A DNA stretch of 64,000 bases from an uncultured Gammaproteobacteria bacterium. Its GTDB lineage: Bacteria; Patescibacteriota; Patescibacteriia; JAHIZJ01. Where the stretch lies: positions 571,042-635,041 of the forward strand of contig CAYJKP010000001.1 in assembly GCA_964371245.1 (NCBI GenBank), written 5' to 3'. This document shows, one piece after another, positions 9,730 to 19,413 of the stretch. The position numbers and the translations under genes were made by a program. The notes under the pieces are model-generated. The model did not search any database, had not been told where the DNA came from, and worked only from the letters and a program-made list of their open reading frames with translations. Numbering within the stretch: the first letter of the stretch is position 1; every line of letters begins with the position of its first letter.

Positions 9730-11151
9730 TTATTTTCTCGGGAATAACGAGTCGCCTTTTTTTACCTTTGGTCCGACAAATTGCTGCAGTATACGCTGGC
9801 TGGCGAGCGGCATAAACGGATCAAGTAAATCCGCGACGATGCGAATCTGCTCGACGGTTTTGCGCAACACATCCGCCCGGTGTTCGTTTTCTTCGGCTGG
9901 TATTTTCCATGGCGCCTGCTCATCGAGAAATTTATTGGCCGCGTAGATCAACCCGAAGATTTCCTTCAACGCATTATCAAATTGGAGCAGTTCCAAATGT
10001 TTTTTCACTTTTTCTTTAACATCCTTGCCGGATTCCGCCGCCGCCGATATCTCGACGGAATACTTCTCGCACAAAGTAGCGGTCCGACTGACCAAATTAC
10101 CCAAGCTGTTCGCCAGGTGCGCGTTATATTGTTCGGTGAATAGGTCTTTCTTTATATCGCCGTCCTGGCCAAATGGAAATTGCGACAATAATAAATACCG
10201 AGCCGCGTCTGATCCGTAGGTCTCCACGAGCGTATTCGGATCGATGACGTTGCCGATCGTTTTGCTCATCTTCTGCTTGTTGATCGTGAAAAATCCGTGC
10301 GCGAATATCTGCTTCGGCACCGGCTCACCGGCGGCCAGCAAGAGCGCCGGCCAATACACGGCGTGGAATTTTATAATATCCTTGGCCATGAGATGAATAT
10401 CAGCCGGCCACCAGCTTTGATAGATGCCGCTGGCGGTGCCATACCCGATGGCCGAAATATAATTCTGGAGCGCTTCCACCCAGACATAGCAATTGTGCTT
10501 GGGATCGAATGGCAACGGTATCCCCCACCGGACCTTTTCCCGCGAAACCGAAAAGTCCTGAAGCCCCTGCTTGAATAATCCAAGGACTTCCTTTTTCCGC
10601 TCAATCGGACGAATCAATATTTCATCCCGTTCGATCAACGCCCGAACGTCCGGAAGGTATTTATTCAGTTTAAAAAAGTAGTTTTGTTCTTTGATCAGCT
10701 TCAGCTTCACGAGATGGTCAGGGCACTTGCCATTGACCAGTTCCTTCTCGGTATAAAAGCGTTCGCAAGCAACGCAATAGAGACCTTCATACACGCCTTC
10801 ATAGAGGGCGCCGACGTCCATGAGTTTTTGCATGAATATTTGGACCGCTTCAACGTGTCTTTCCTCGGTGGTTCTGATAAAATCATCATATTTGATGTTA
10901 CAATTCCGCCATGACAGAATAAAAAGCTCGGACATTTCATCGACGAATTCCTTCGGTGTTTGACCGGCTTTTTTTGCGCTTTCGGCCACTTTGGCCCCAT
11001 GCTCGTCAGTACCGGTCAAGAAAAAGACTTTTTCGCCGAGTTTCCGGTGAAACCGCGCCAAGACATCAGCCGCAATCGTCGTGTAGGCGTGCCCAATATG
11101 CGGCCGGTCATTGACGTAGTAGATGGGGGTGGTGATGTAGAATTTTTTCAT
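9730..11151 (-). CDS. metG: Methionyl-tRNA synthetase
   Basis: HIGH (PHIGHAYT) and KMSKS (KMSKT) motifs are present. The likely start is MKKFYITT at 11151, overlapping rsmI by 4 nt. Confidence 0.9.
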   Translation of the reverse strand: MKKFYITTPIYYVNDRPHIGHAYTTIAADVLARFHRKLGEKVFFLTGTDEHGAKVAESAKKAGQTPKEFVDEMSELFILSWRNCNIKYDDFIRTTEERHVEAVQIFMQKLMDVGALYEGVYEGLYCVACERFYTEKELVNGKCPDHLVKLKLIKEQNYFFKLNKYLPDVRALIERDEILIRPIERKKEVLGLFKQGLQDFSVSREKVRWGIPLPFDPKHNCYVWVEALQNYISAIGYGTASGIYQSWWPADIHLMAKDIIKFHAVYWPALLLAAGEPVPKQIFAHGFFTINKQKMSKTIGNVIDPNTLVETYGSDAARYLLLSQFPFGQDGDIKKDLFTEQYNAHLANSLGNLVSRTATLCEKYSVEISAAAESGKDVKEKVKKHLELLQFDNALKEIFGLIYAANKFLDEQAPWKIPAEENEHRADVLRKTVEQIRIVADLLDPFMPLASQRILQQFVGPKVKKGDSLFPRK

Positions 11152-11846
11152 GGTTGTGTGTACGTTACACCCGAGACAATAACAACAAACTCGCCGCGAA
11201 TATGGTCGGGATGCGCCTGATAGTACTGGTGGCAGGCGGCAATCGGGCCGCGCCAGCATTCTTCGAATTTCTTGGTCAATTCGCGCGCCACAAAAACAAT
11301 ACGTTCAGGCGTAAGGATTTCATTAAGTCGATCGAGTGTTTTCATAAAGCGATGCGGCGATTCGTAAAAAATAATTGTTTCATCGCTCTCGACAATGCGT
11401 TTGAAAAGCGTTTCGCGCCCTTTTTTATGGGGCAGGAAACCCAGAAAAGTAAAATGATCGGTCGGCAAACCACTCGCGCTGGCTGCGACCGTCAGCGCCG
11501 ACGCCCCAGGAATAGCTTCGATGCGAACCGCCGAACCAAGTTTGCGGTTGACGTATTCAACAAGCACATTCCCGGGATCGGAAATGCCAGGCGTGCCCGC
11601 ATCAGAGACCAGCGCGATTTTTTCGCCCTGACGCAGATATTCCACGATGTCATCCAGCCGCTCGATTCGACTGTGCTGGTGGTAACTGAGTAGCGGTTTG
11701 TCGATTTGAAAATGTGACAAGAGCTTTCTTGTCACCCGCGTGTCCTCGCAGAGAATGCGATCAGCTTCCCGTAATATCCGTATCGCCCGAAGACTCGTAT
11801 CTTCCAAATTGCCAATCGGCGTAGCCACAACAAAAAGCGTGCCCAT
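11148..11846 (-). CDS. rsmI: 16S rRNA (cytidine1402-2'-O)-methyltransferase
   Basis: The N-terminus reads MGTLFVVATPIGNLEDTSLRA, the tetrapyrrole-methylase fold seen in RsmI. Confidence 0.85.
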   Translation of the reverse strand: MGTLFVVATPIGNLEDTSLRAIRILREADRILCEDTRVTRKLLSHFQIDKPLLSYHQHSRIERLDDIVEYLRQGEKIALVSDAGTPGISDPGNVLVEYVNRKLGSAVRIEAIPGASALTVAASASGLPTDHFTFLGFLPHKKGRETLFKRIVESDETIIFYESPHRFMKTLDRLNEILTPERIVFVARELTKKFEECWRGPIAACHQYYQAHPDHIRGEFVVIVSGVTYTQP

Positions 11847-11849
11847 GGG

Positions 11850-12911
11850 TCATTCCGAGTCAGGCTCAAGCGCGTTATCTTTGTCGCGTTGCTTGCCGAA
11901 AAAATCGCTCATGAGTACCTGAATAATCGCCGCTGTCGGGATAGCTAAGATAACGCCGAAAAATCCGCCCAGTCGACCGCCGATCAGCATGGCAACGATG
12001 ACCACAATAGGATTCAGGCCGACCGCTTTCTGCATCACCTTCGGCACGATCAAATTGTTTTCTAATTGTTGTACGAGAATATAGAGAATGAGGACGAGCA
12101 ACGCTTTTATCGGCGACTGGGCAAAGCTTAAAAACAAGGCGGGTATGGCGCTGATAATCGGTCCAATCATCGGCACCGCTTCAAGAAGACCGGCGATCAA
12201 GGCCAGGACGAGGGCATATTTCACGCCGAGGATCGACAGACCGATATAGCTCATCAAGAAAATAATGAAGCAGAGCAATAATTGTCCCCGTAACCAGGAA
12301 CCGAGTTTCGAAGTAATGCGATTCCCGAGATGCGTCAGATAGGGCTGGTACTGCGTCGGCGATATGGAATGAAGCGACTTCTTCCAACCATCGCGTTCCA
12401 GCGTCAGATAAAACGCAATAACCATAATGCTCAAGAATGACGCAAAGCCGCCGAATATGCTGATCAAGCTCGAAAATACTCCGGACGCGGCCTGGCTCAG
12501 ACCTTTGTTAATCTGTTCAAGCGATGACTGGATACTCGCGACCACGGCCGTGTCAGTGCTTGAGGTTTGCAATGCTTTGAATCCTTGAACGATCTTGTTG
12601 TAATAATTTGGAAAAGCCGAAATAATCGCTCCAATCTGTTCGGTCAGCGGTGGGATGATCAACGCGACAATCAGGCCAAAAATGCCGAGAAAGATCGCAT
12701 ACAGGATGGCTGTGCCGAGAACGCGCGGTACTTTTCGGTCCTGGAGCCAATCAACCCAGGGCGAGATACCGGCCATAATGATCAGCGCCACGTAAAGAAT
12801 CCCGACCACGTTTCGGATCGTAAAAACGAACCAAATCGCAATAATAATAAGAATTACCTTAAAAATCGAGCCGGTTGAAATCGTAATCGTGGTTTTGTCT
12901 TTTTCCGCCAT
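11850..12911 (-). CDS. AI-2E family transporter (PerM/YhhT-like)
   Basis: A 353-aa polytopic membrane protein has AI-2E family architecture. Confidence 0.8.
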   Translation of the reverse strand: MAEKDKTTITISTGSIFKVILIIIAIWFVFTIRNVVGILYVALIIMAGISPWVDWLQDRKVPRVLGTAILYAIFLGIFGLIVALIIPPLTEQIGAIISAFPNYYNKIVQGFKALQTSSTDTAVVASIQSSLEQINKGLSQAASGVFSSLISIFGGFASFLSIMVIAFYLTLERDGWKKSLHSISPTQYQPYLTHLGNRITSKLGSWLRGQLLLCFIIFLMSYIGLSILGVKYALVLALIAGLLEAVPMIGPIISAIPALFLSFAQSPIKALLVLILYILVQQLENNLIVPKVMQKAVGLNPIVVIVAMLIGGRLGGFFGVILAIPTAAIIQVLMSDFFGKQRDKDNALEPDSE

Positions 12912-12954
12912 AGTCGCTTCCTAGTATACTAAAAATATGTCTACTCGGCAATTA

Positions 12955-14232
12955 TTACAACGATCGGAGAACAATGCGTTTAAGGGGCTGGGTTTTGCGG
13001 ATCGGGCCAATCGCGGCCAGATTGAAAATCGGTTTCCGAAATATGCGCTGGGCGAGCCGTTTCAGCTTGAACGCAGTCACGGCGTTGATCTTCGCTAAAC
13101 GTTCTTCGGGCGTTTCAACCTTCCGAAGCAGCGCTTCCTGCCGGCCGTACCACGACGCGAGATGGCTTGAATCTTCAAGCTCGAGGATCATTTTGCCGCG
13201 CACAAACTGTTTGGCTTTCGCCAGCTCCGCGTCCGTAATACCGGAGCGTTTCACTTTTTTCAACTCTTCGAGAATCGCCGTAACCGCCAGATTGAGCCTG
13301 GTTTTATCAATACCGGCCTGAATGCAAAAAGCCCCGGTATCCTCGTATGGATTAACGCTGGCATGGATGAAATACGCCAGGCCCTGCCGCTCCCGAATCG
13401 AGATAAACAGACGCGAGCTCATGTTGCCTCCAAGGATGATACTCAGAAGCTCGAGCGCCGGCAGGTCACGGTCAGTGTACGACAGCGCCGGAAAACCGAG
13501 GCAAAGTTGGACCTGCTCGGTTTTTTTATATTGCACGGTGAGCCGCGGCTGCTGCTGGCGCCGTCGAAATAGCGGCGCTGGCTCCACTGACCGGCCGCGT
13601 CGCCATGAGCCGAAATAATCGGTGATCTGTTTTTTTACGGCGTTATCCACCGGTCCCGCGACAACCACCACCGCGTTCCGGGCGGTGTAATACCGGCTGA
13701 AGTAATCGACCACGCTTGACCGTCGCAAGGCGCGGATATTCGCCCGCGAACCGGCAATCAGACGGCCGAGCGGGTGATGTTTCCCAAAGACCGTTTGTTC
13801 AAAGAGGTCCTCGACATACATCAAGGGGTTGTCCTCGTACATGTTTATTTCTTCGACGATGACGCCCTTTTCACGTTGAACTTCAGCCGGATCAAATTTC
13901 GAGCTGAGCACCATGTCAGACAAGACGTCGAGGGCCAATTTAATCTTCGAGCGATGGATTTTTATATAGTAGGCAGTGTGATCTTTTGAGGTAAAGGCGT
14001 TATATTCGGCACCCACTTGATCGAGCGCTTTTGATATTTCGAGCGTGGACGGACGTCTTTTCGTACCTTTGAACATCATGTGCTCGAGAAAATGAGAAAT
14101 ACCGTTCAGCCGTGGCGTTTCACACCGCGAGCCGACTTTTACGACGACAAAAAGGGTAATGGCTTCGGAGCCGGGTCGCGGTACCATGAGAACGCGCAAA
14201 CCGTTTTTCAAAACGGTCTTTTTGTATTTCAT
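12955..14232 (-). CDS. M16 family zinc metallopeptidase (insulinase-like)
   Basis: The inverted zinc motif HFLEH sits near the N-terminus of a 425-aa protein. Confidence 0.85.
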   Translation of the reverse strand: MKYKKTVLKNGLRVLMVPRPGSEAITLFVVVKVGSRCETPRLNGISHFLEHMMFKGTKRRPSTLEISKALDQVGAEYNAFTSKDHTAYYIKIHRSKIKLALDVLSDMVLSSKFDPAEVQREKGVIVEEINMYEDNPLMYVEDLFEQTVFGKHHPLGRLIAGSRANIRALRRSSVVDYFSRYYTARNAVVVVAGPVDNAVKKQITDYFGSWRRGRSVEPAPLFRRRQQQPRLTVQYKKTEQVQLCLGFPALSYTDRDLPALELLSIILGGNMSSRLFISIRERQGLAYFIHASVNPYEDTGAFCIQAGIDKTRLNLAVTAILEELKKVKRSGITDAELAKAKQFVRGKMILELEDSSHLASWYGRQEALLRKVETPEERLAKINAVTAFKLKRLAQRIFRKPIFNLAAIGPIRKTQPLKRIVLRSL

Positions 14233-15545
14233 AACAGCTTTTCGTTTAAAATCGTCGGTAATTCAGCCAATGCGACGCGTTCCTGCTTCATGCTATCACG
14301 GTCACGGATGGTGACTTTTTTATCCTCGAGAGTGTCAAAGTCAACCGTCACGCAAAAGGGCGTACCGATCTCGTCCTGGCGGCGGTAGCGCCGGCCGATC
14401 GAGGCCACGTCGTCGTACGCGCACATAAATTTACTCTTGAGCTCATCGTAAATCTTCTGTGCCGCCGCCGCTAACGGTTCTTTTTTCGACAACGGCAAGA
14501 TCGCCACTTTTATCGGCGCTAAACTTTTGTGGAGATGCAGGACGACTTCCTTGTCTTTATTGCTTTCGGTCGTGGTTGTCCGGCCGCCTTCGATCTCGTC
14601 GTAGGCGTCCAGCAAGAACGCCAGGGCTGACCGTTCCACGCCGAAGGAGGGTTCAATAACGTATGGCACAAATTCTTCCTTTTCATCCTTATATTTCAGG
14701 CCGTGCGCCTTGAGATCAAAATCCGTCCGGTTGGCGATGCCCATGAGCTCGCCCCAGCCCTTATCAAACGGCCAGTTATATTCAATATCGACTGTCTCTT
14801 TCGCGTAATGGGCCAGTTCGTCTTTCGCCTGCTTATGTTCGCGAATGTTTTCTTTCTTAATGCCGAGATCGCGAAACCATTTCACGCTATCGGCCACAAG
14901 GGTTTTGAACCATGTATCATCCTCGCCGGGCTTCACAAAATATTCCAGCTCCATCTGTTCGAATTCGCGTGTCCGGAAGATGAAATTCCCCGGCGTTATT
15001 TCGTTGCGAAAGGCTTTTCCGATCTGGGCGATGCCAAACGGCACCTTTAACCGGGATGTTTGAAGAACGTTTTCGAAATTAATGAATATATTTTGCGCAG
15101 TCTCAGGTCGTAAGTACGCCGTTGAGCCAGTATTTTCCACCGGACCGACAAACGTCCGAAACATAAGATTGAAATCCTTCGCCGGTTCGAAGTCTTTCTG
15201 GCCGCAATCCGGACATTTCGATGCCGCCGTCAGATCGTCTTGTTTGAATCGATGATGACAATTTTTACACTCAACGAGTTTGTCCGAAAATCCGACGAGG
15301 TGGCCGCTTTTTTTCCAAACTTCCGGATTCGTTACGATCGCGCTGTCCAGGCCGACCACATCGCGCCGTTCCTGGACAAAGCGCTTCCACCAGACCCGCT
15401 TAATATTGTTTTTCAGCTCAACACCGAGCGGACCCCAATCCCAAAAACCGCCGAGCCCGCCGTATTTTTCCGCGGTTGGAAAAATGAAGCCCCGGCGCTT
15501 AGCCAATGACACTAATTTCTCCATTATTACCTTGTCTCTTGACAT
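14229..15545 (-). CDS. glyQS: Glycyl-tRNA synthetase (dimeric class II GlyQS type)
   Basis: Class II GlyRS motifs are present. The likely start is MSRDKVIMEKL at 15545. The 3' end overlaps the M16 peptidase start by 4 nt. Confidence 0.9.
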   Translation of the reverse strand: MSRDKVIMEKLVSLAKRRGFIFPTAEKYGGLGGFWDWGPLGVELKNNIKRVWWKRFVQERRDVVGLDSAIVTNPEVWKKSGHLVGFSDKLVECKNCHHRFKQDDLTAASKCPDCGQKDFEPAKDFNLMFRTFVGPVENTGSTAYLRPETAQNIFINFENVLQTSRLKVPFGIAQIGKAFRNEITPGNFIFRTREFEQMELEYFVKPGEDDTWFKTLVADSVKWFRDLGIKKENIREHKQAKDELAHYAKETVDIEYNWPFDKGWGELMGIANRTDFDLKAHGLKYKDEKEEFVPYVIEPSFGVERSALAFLLDAYDEIEGGRTTTTESNKDKEVVLHLHKSLAPIKVAILPLSKKEPLAAAAQKIYDELKSKFMCAYDDVASIGRRYRRQDEIGTPFCVTVDFDTLEDKKVTIRDRDSMKQERVALAELPTILNEKLL

Positions 15546-15630
15546 ATTATTGAAAATAGTATAATCTACCTGCGTCAGATACAGAAGTAACCACTCAGAA
15601 ACGGAACGAACCCTAGGAAAGGGCAAAGAC

Positions 15631-15894
15631 ATGGACTACGTTCTCATGACCGTCGTCGATGAGCGCGGCCAGACCCTTTCTGGTCCGCTCCCTACTGCCA
15701 CTCTACCTACTCGCGGAGAAGTCGTCCACGGATGCGGCCGGATCGTCTCGATCCAGACCTTTCCCGGAACACCGACGCGTGTCAGAGTGAAGGTCACAAC
15801 CCATCCGTACGTCTGCTACACCGTCTATCAGCTGTCACTCGTCGATGAGAGCAACAACCCCTTTGTCTTAGACGTACCCCTCTGCTACAACTAG
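15631..15894 (+). CDS. Hypothetical small protein at the left edge of a GC-rich island
   Basis: An 87-aa ORF of raised GC sits in the same orientation as ORF 16197. No domain was recognised. Confidence 0.3.
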   Translation: MDYVLMTVVDERGQTLSGPLPTATLPTRGEVVHGCGRIVSIQTFPGTPTRVRVKVTTHPYVCYTVYQLSLVDESNNPFVLDVPLCYN

Positions 15895-16196
15895 CCGAGG
15901 TGACTGCGCGCGCGGCCTCGTTGCTGCGCCCCGCCGGGCTTTCCGAGCCTTGTAACCCCCGAGGACTTTGAAACGCCCGGCTTTTCTTTTTGCAAAAAAC
16001 TCCAGCTTATTATAGCTGGTTTTATTGAAAATCGCAAACTTTCTTACACTGATTATCTTTACCCGCACTTGACAATCACGTCTAGCTATGATACTTTGCT
16101 TTGTCAGCTCTGCGTGGTGCGCATAGAATCGTGATGGGGACCGTGTGGGTTGCCCGCCGATAGAATGCGGCCAGAGACGCTGACACGGAGGAACCG

Positions 16197-16496
16197 ATGA
16201 ACAGCCCGAAGTACCAGTCCATGAGCGAGCCCGGTGGCCTGTATGGACACCATCTCCTGGACCTGATCGTCGAAGTCGAAAAAGGTGAGCCGGTGGGCCG
16301 GATGTTCTCGATGTCGTTCGACGACGACGTGGACTCGGCCGTCAAGCTCGCCACCGACACGCTGGTGCGACGCAGCACCCCCAGCGGCACCGAACTCGCC
16401 GTGAAGGTCGACAACAAGATCACCTACCTGGATGGCGGCCGCCGCAAGGTTGACGTCTGGGTGACGATCACGAAGGCTTCGGGCGCTGCCTCCTAG
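16197..16496 (+). CDS. Hypothetical protein (99 aa) in a GC-rich island
   Basis: The ORF is about 63% GC with a strong third-position GC bias. Promoter-like and terminator-like elements flank it. Confidence 0.4.
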   Translation: MNSPKYQSMSEPGGLYGHHLLDLIVEVEKGEPVGRMFSMSFDDDVDSAVKLATDTLVRRSTPSGTELAVKVDNKITYLDGGRRKVDVWVTITKASGAAS

Positions 16497-16585
16497 TACC
16501 CGAACCGTTACTACCTGGATTTCCGAACGCTTCCGAGCGTTTGTGAGATCCAGTCTTTTTTTAATAAAAAAGCCCGAGCGAATGC

Positions 16586-16774
16586 TCAGGCGCGAGGCGG
16601 TGCCGGTCTATCCGTCCACCGTCCCTGTTTGTGATACCCGCAACTACTGCACTGGATGACCAAGTCGCCGCCCGCAAGTCGGGTGCAACCGGCTGTGCTG
16701 CGGCAATCCGGGCATTCCACCAGACAATTGCGTGCTTCCCGATTCGCAAACTGATGCTCGATGTAGGCAGCCAT
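16586..16774 (-). CDS. Small zinc-ribbon protein (two CxxC pairs), likely translationally coupled to the upstream 439-aa ORF
   Basis: CPDC and CSSC motifs are present. The likely start at 16774 lies 1 nt after the stop of the upstream gene. Confidence 0.45.
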   Translation of the reverse strand: MAAYIEHQFANREARNCLVECPDCRSTAGCTRLAGGDLVIQCSSCGYHKQGRWTDRPAPPRA

Positions 16775-16775
16775 T

Positions 16776-18095
16776 TCAGGATCGAGCTGCCGCCTCAGGT
16801 CCAGGCAAATCCTCATGTCCCGTCCTCCTGTCTGCCATTTCCGTGAGGTTGCCGGTCAGTTTCTGCGAGGACTGCTTCAGTAATTCCCGGGCATCTGACA
16901 ACATGCTCCGATCACGCGCTTGCACGAACGCGAATGCCTCTCTGACCAGGGAAATCGCGTCCGCAGTCACCGGCTGGGCAAAACCGGTTTCGTCGATCTG
17001 CCTGAGCAACAGGAGGCTGTGCTCAAGCTGTCGTTCTGCCGTAACCCAACCGAATGAGCGCTTCTTCTCGAGCAGGGCCCGGAGCATCAGATAGATGACG
17101 CGTTCGATCACGATCTGCGCCTGCTTCAGCCGGGCGGACATGAGTGAACGGCTGGCCAGCTGGCGGTACTCTGCCAGACTGCCAGCCACTAGACATTCGG
17201 CACCCGCACGCAACTCCTGGCTGATGTAACGGGCATTAACAACGTACGGCCGGTAATCAACGCCGTCAAGCTCCTGGGCCAGAATGAGCTGGTAGTGGTG
17301 GATCCGCCGGACATCCCGCCGATCAGCCGACGCAAAGGCGGACGGCTGCACCACCAGCTCGAGATAGTCCGTCAGCCGGCCGAACACATAGTTGGCCCAG
17401 CAGATGAGGTTCAGGAACACCTTTTCCCGCATAGCCACCACCGGTTCGATCCGCATGATCGCTTGCATAAGCCGCTCTTCGGTCAGATCCATGAGCTTCA
17501 GAGTCTGAGCCAGCAGCGCACCTTCATTCGGCCGGCCGAGACGATCGCGGGCGTCGCTCATCCGGTCGAGGATTTCAAGGATCTCTCGCTTCGGCAGACT
17601 GCGCGGCCGCTGCATTCCCGGCTTCCGGAGAATCTGTCGGGCAATCGGTCGCAACCGAGCGGCGTACTCATCGGCATTGTTCCAGCGCAAGCCGACCACC
17701 GCGCGATTCAAGGCCTGCGCCAAGTTCCTGACTTCCAGGATAGTCAGCTTCTCGCCTTGACCAAGCGTCAGGCCGTACTGGGCCAGGACGGCCAGTACCT
17801 GACGAAAGGCCTTGTACGAGCCGTCAACCAGCTGGAAGCGGAGGTGTTCCGGTTTCCAGCGGTAGCGGCGGCGATTGGCGATCAGCTCATCGAGAACTTC
17901 TTCCCAGCGCGGCACGGCGATGAACCCGCTGAATTCGGACGGTCGGGTGACCACCGCGATATCGCTGCCAAAGACATCCACCCGGCCGAATATGTCTTTC
18001 GGCCGATCCCGAACATAGACCCTGATCGGCAAAACGGAATCACTTCCAATCGGACGCATATCGAGACCCTCCCGTGGCTGATGGTTTGCTGACAA
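16776..18095 (-). CDS. Hypothetical 439-aa protein, GC-rich, no recognisable domain
   Basis: A long ORF in the GC-rich island. It is followed by the zinc-ribbon ORF, and a terminator hairpin lies upstream of its start. Confidence 0.55.
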   Translation of the reverse strand: MSANHQPREGLDMRPIGSDSVLPIRVYVRDRPKDIFGRVDVFGSDIAVVTRPSEFSGFIAVPRWEEVLDELIANRRRYRWKPEHLRFQLVDGSYKAFRQVLAVLAQYGLTLGQGEKLTILEVRNLAQALNRAVVGLRWNNADEYAARLRPIARQILRKPGMQRPRSLPKREILEILDRMSDARDRLGRPNEGALLAQTLKLMDLTEERLMQAIMRIEPVVAMREKVFLNLICWANYVFGRLTDYLELVVQPSAFASADRRDVRRIHHYQLILAQELDGVDYRPYVVNARYISQELRAGAECLVAGSLAEYRQLASRSLMSARLKQAQIVIERVIYLMLRALLEKKRSFGWVTAERQLEHSLLLLRQIDETGFAQPVTADAISLVREAFAFVQARDRSMLSDARELLKQSSQKLTGNLTEMADRRTGHEDLPGPEAAARS

Positions 18096-18160
18096 TCGGA
18101 CATTCCGAAGCTGTATCGTAGGCGGAACTACCTACTTTGTCAAGATATTTGAGTTACAAT

Positions 18161-18190
18161 AAAAGACCTGCTCAAGCGGGTCTTTTATAT
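18161..18190 (-). terminator. Rho-independent terminator hairpin (GACCTGCtcaaGCGGGTC) with flanking A and T runs
   Basis: The hairpin and runs were read from the sequence. It lies downstream of gene 18206-18955 and is probably bidirectional. Confidence 0.6.
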
Positions 18191-18205
18191 GTTGCGAACC
18201 TTATA

Positions 18206-18955
18206 TTACTTATTGAATGCCACGCCGTACACCTTCCAACTATTCCCGTCCTTGGTGAGATCAACCTCAACCGGATATTTTTCTCCGCTCGTGGTTGTGT
18301 ATTCTCCGATTACCACAGCGTTTGTCCCGGTCGCGTCGGACGTGACATCAGCCGAGGTAAATTTTACTTTTGCATAAGCGCTGACATGGGTGCTTTCTGA
18401 CAGATAGCTTTTGAATTCATCAAGCGTACCTTGACTGCGAAATTCCGGCGCCGCATTGTTATAGGCCTGCTCTATCTTCCCCGTACCGATATTATCCATA
18501 AATTGCGTGGCGCCCTTGATCGGCGCTCGCGTGACGGCAAAGGTCGTGACTATGGCAAAACTGATGAGTGCTAGCCAAATGACGAAGAAGACGATGCCGA
18601 TATAGTCAAGCGTTTTTTGACGTTTCTTGAACGTGTCAAAATCACGCCACTCTCCTTTTTGCCAGGACATCCGCCGGCCGCGAAAGATGCCTTTGAACCA
18701 GAGATAAATGTTGAAAAATGGAACCAACATGAGCAACGCCTCTTTCATTAGGCCGCTGGCCAGAAAATAGATCAGCCCAAGCGAGAACGCACCGAATGAA
18801 GGGCGATGAATGAACGATTGCTGATCCGGCGTGACCATACTCGGTACGGTTTTTGCCGGTGGCGGAGGCGGCACCGGATTTGGCGGCGTCCGCGGTTGAG
18901 TGTTTTCCATTTTTATTCCATCATTAATAATCCACGGTGATATCGGATGCATCAC
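18206..18955 (-). CDS. Membrane protein with a Pro-rich N-terminus, a conserved GSFGAFSLGLIYFLASGLM transmembrane module and a C-terminal NTF2/DUF4878-like domain
   Basis: A 249-aa ORF. It is a tandem paralogue of ORF 18997-19374. Confidence 0.6.
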   Translation of the reverse strand: MMHPISPWIINDGIKMENTQPRTPPNPVPPPPPAKTVPSMVTPDQQSFIHRPSFGAFSLGLIYFLASGLMKEALLMLVPFFNIYLWFKGIFRGRRMSWQKGEWRDFDTFKKRQKTLDYIGIVFFVIWLALISFAIVTTFAVTRAPIKGATQFMDNIGTGKIEQAYNNAAPEFRSQGTLDEFKSYLSESTHVSAYAKVKFTSADVTSDATGTNAVVIGEYTTTSGEKYPVEVDLTKDGNSWKVYGVAFNK

Positions 18956-18996
18956 TACTCTTTTTCCTCTCCGCCAAAATCCGTATCGCCCGCAAA

Positions 18997-19374
18997 TTAT
19001 AAGGTCGATTGTACTGCCAAGGCCGAGACAATGCCCATGACCAGGCCAAACGCGAACGATATGATCAGCACAACGATCCCGATTTTATCAAGCAGTTTTT
19101 GGCGATTTTGGTAGGTCGTAAAATCTGCCCATTGCCCCTTTTCCCAGGACATTTTCCGGCCGCGGATGATGCCGCGAATCCAAATGTACAGATTGACAAT
19201 CGGAACGAGTGATAAGAGGGCATCGATCATCAAACCGCTGGCCAGAAAATAGATCAGCCCCAGGCTGAAGGCGCCGAATGAGCCGCGTCCGATAAACGCC
19301 GCTTGTTCTGGAGTTACCGTTTTTGCCGCCGGAGCCGGGGGCGTGGGGACGGTTCCCGCTGGTTGGTTTTCCAT
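18997..19374 (-). CDS. Membrane protein, short paralogue of the N-terminal module of 18206-18955
   Basis: The FGAFSLGLIYFLASGLM block, the RGR(K/R)MSW block and the Pro-rich N-terminus are all shared with its neighbour. Confidence 0.6.
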   Translation of the reverse strand: MENQPAGTVPTPPAPAAKTVTPEQAAFIGRGSFGAFSLGLIYFLASGLMIDALLSLVPIVNLYIWIRGIIRGRKMSWEKGQWADFTTYQNRQKLLDKIGIVVLIISFAFGLVMGIVSALAVQSTL

Positions 19375-19413
19375 GTTTGTTTTTGTTTACTTATTAACTG
19401 CCTTTTAAGCCTT

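Noticed and set aside
17295-18092. A 265-aa plus-strand ORF and other long ORFs inside the GC-rich island (also 31420-31995 minus, 42225-42758 minus, 60221-60605 minus)
   Set aside because: High GC suppresses stop codons, so long antisense frames arise by chance. Each is fully contained in a better-supported gene on the other strand.
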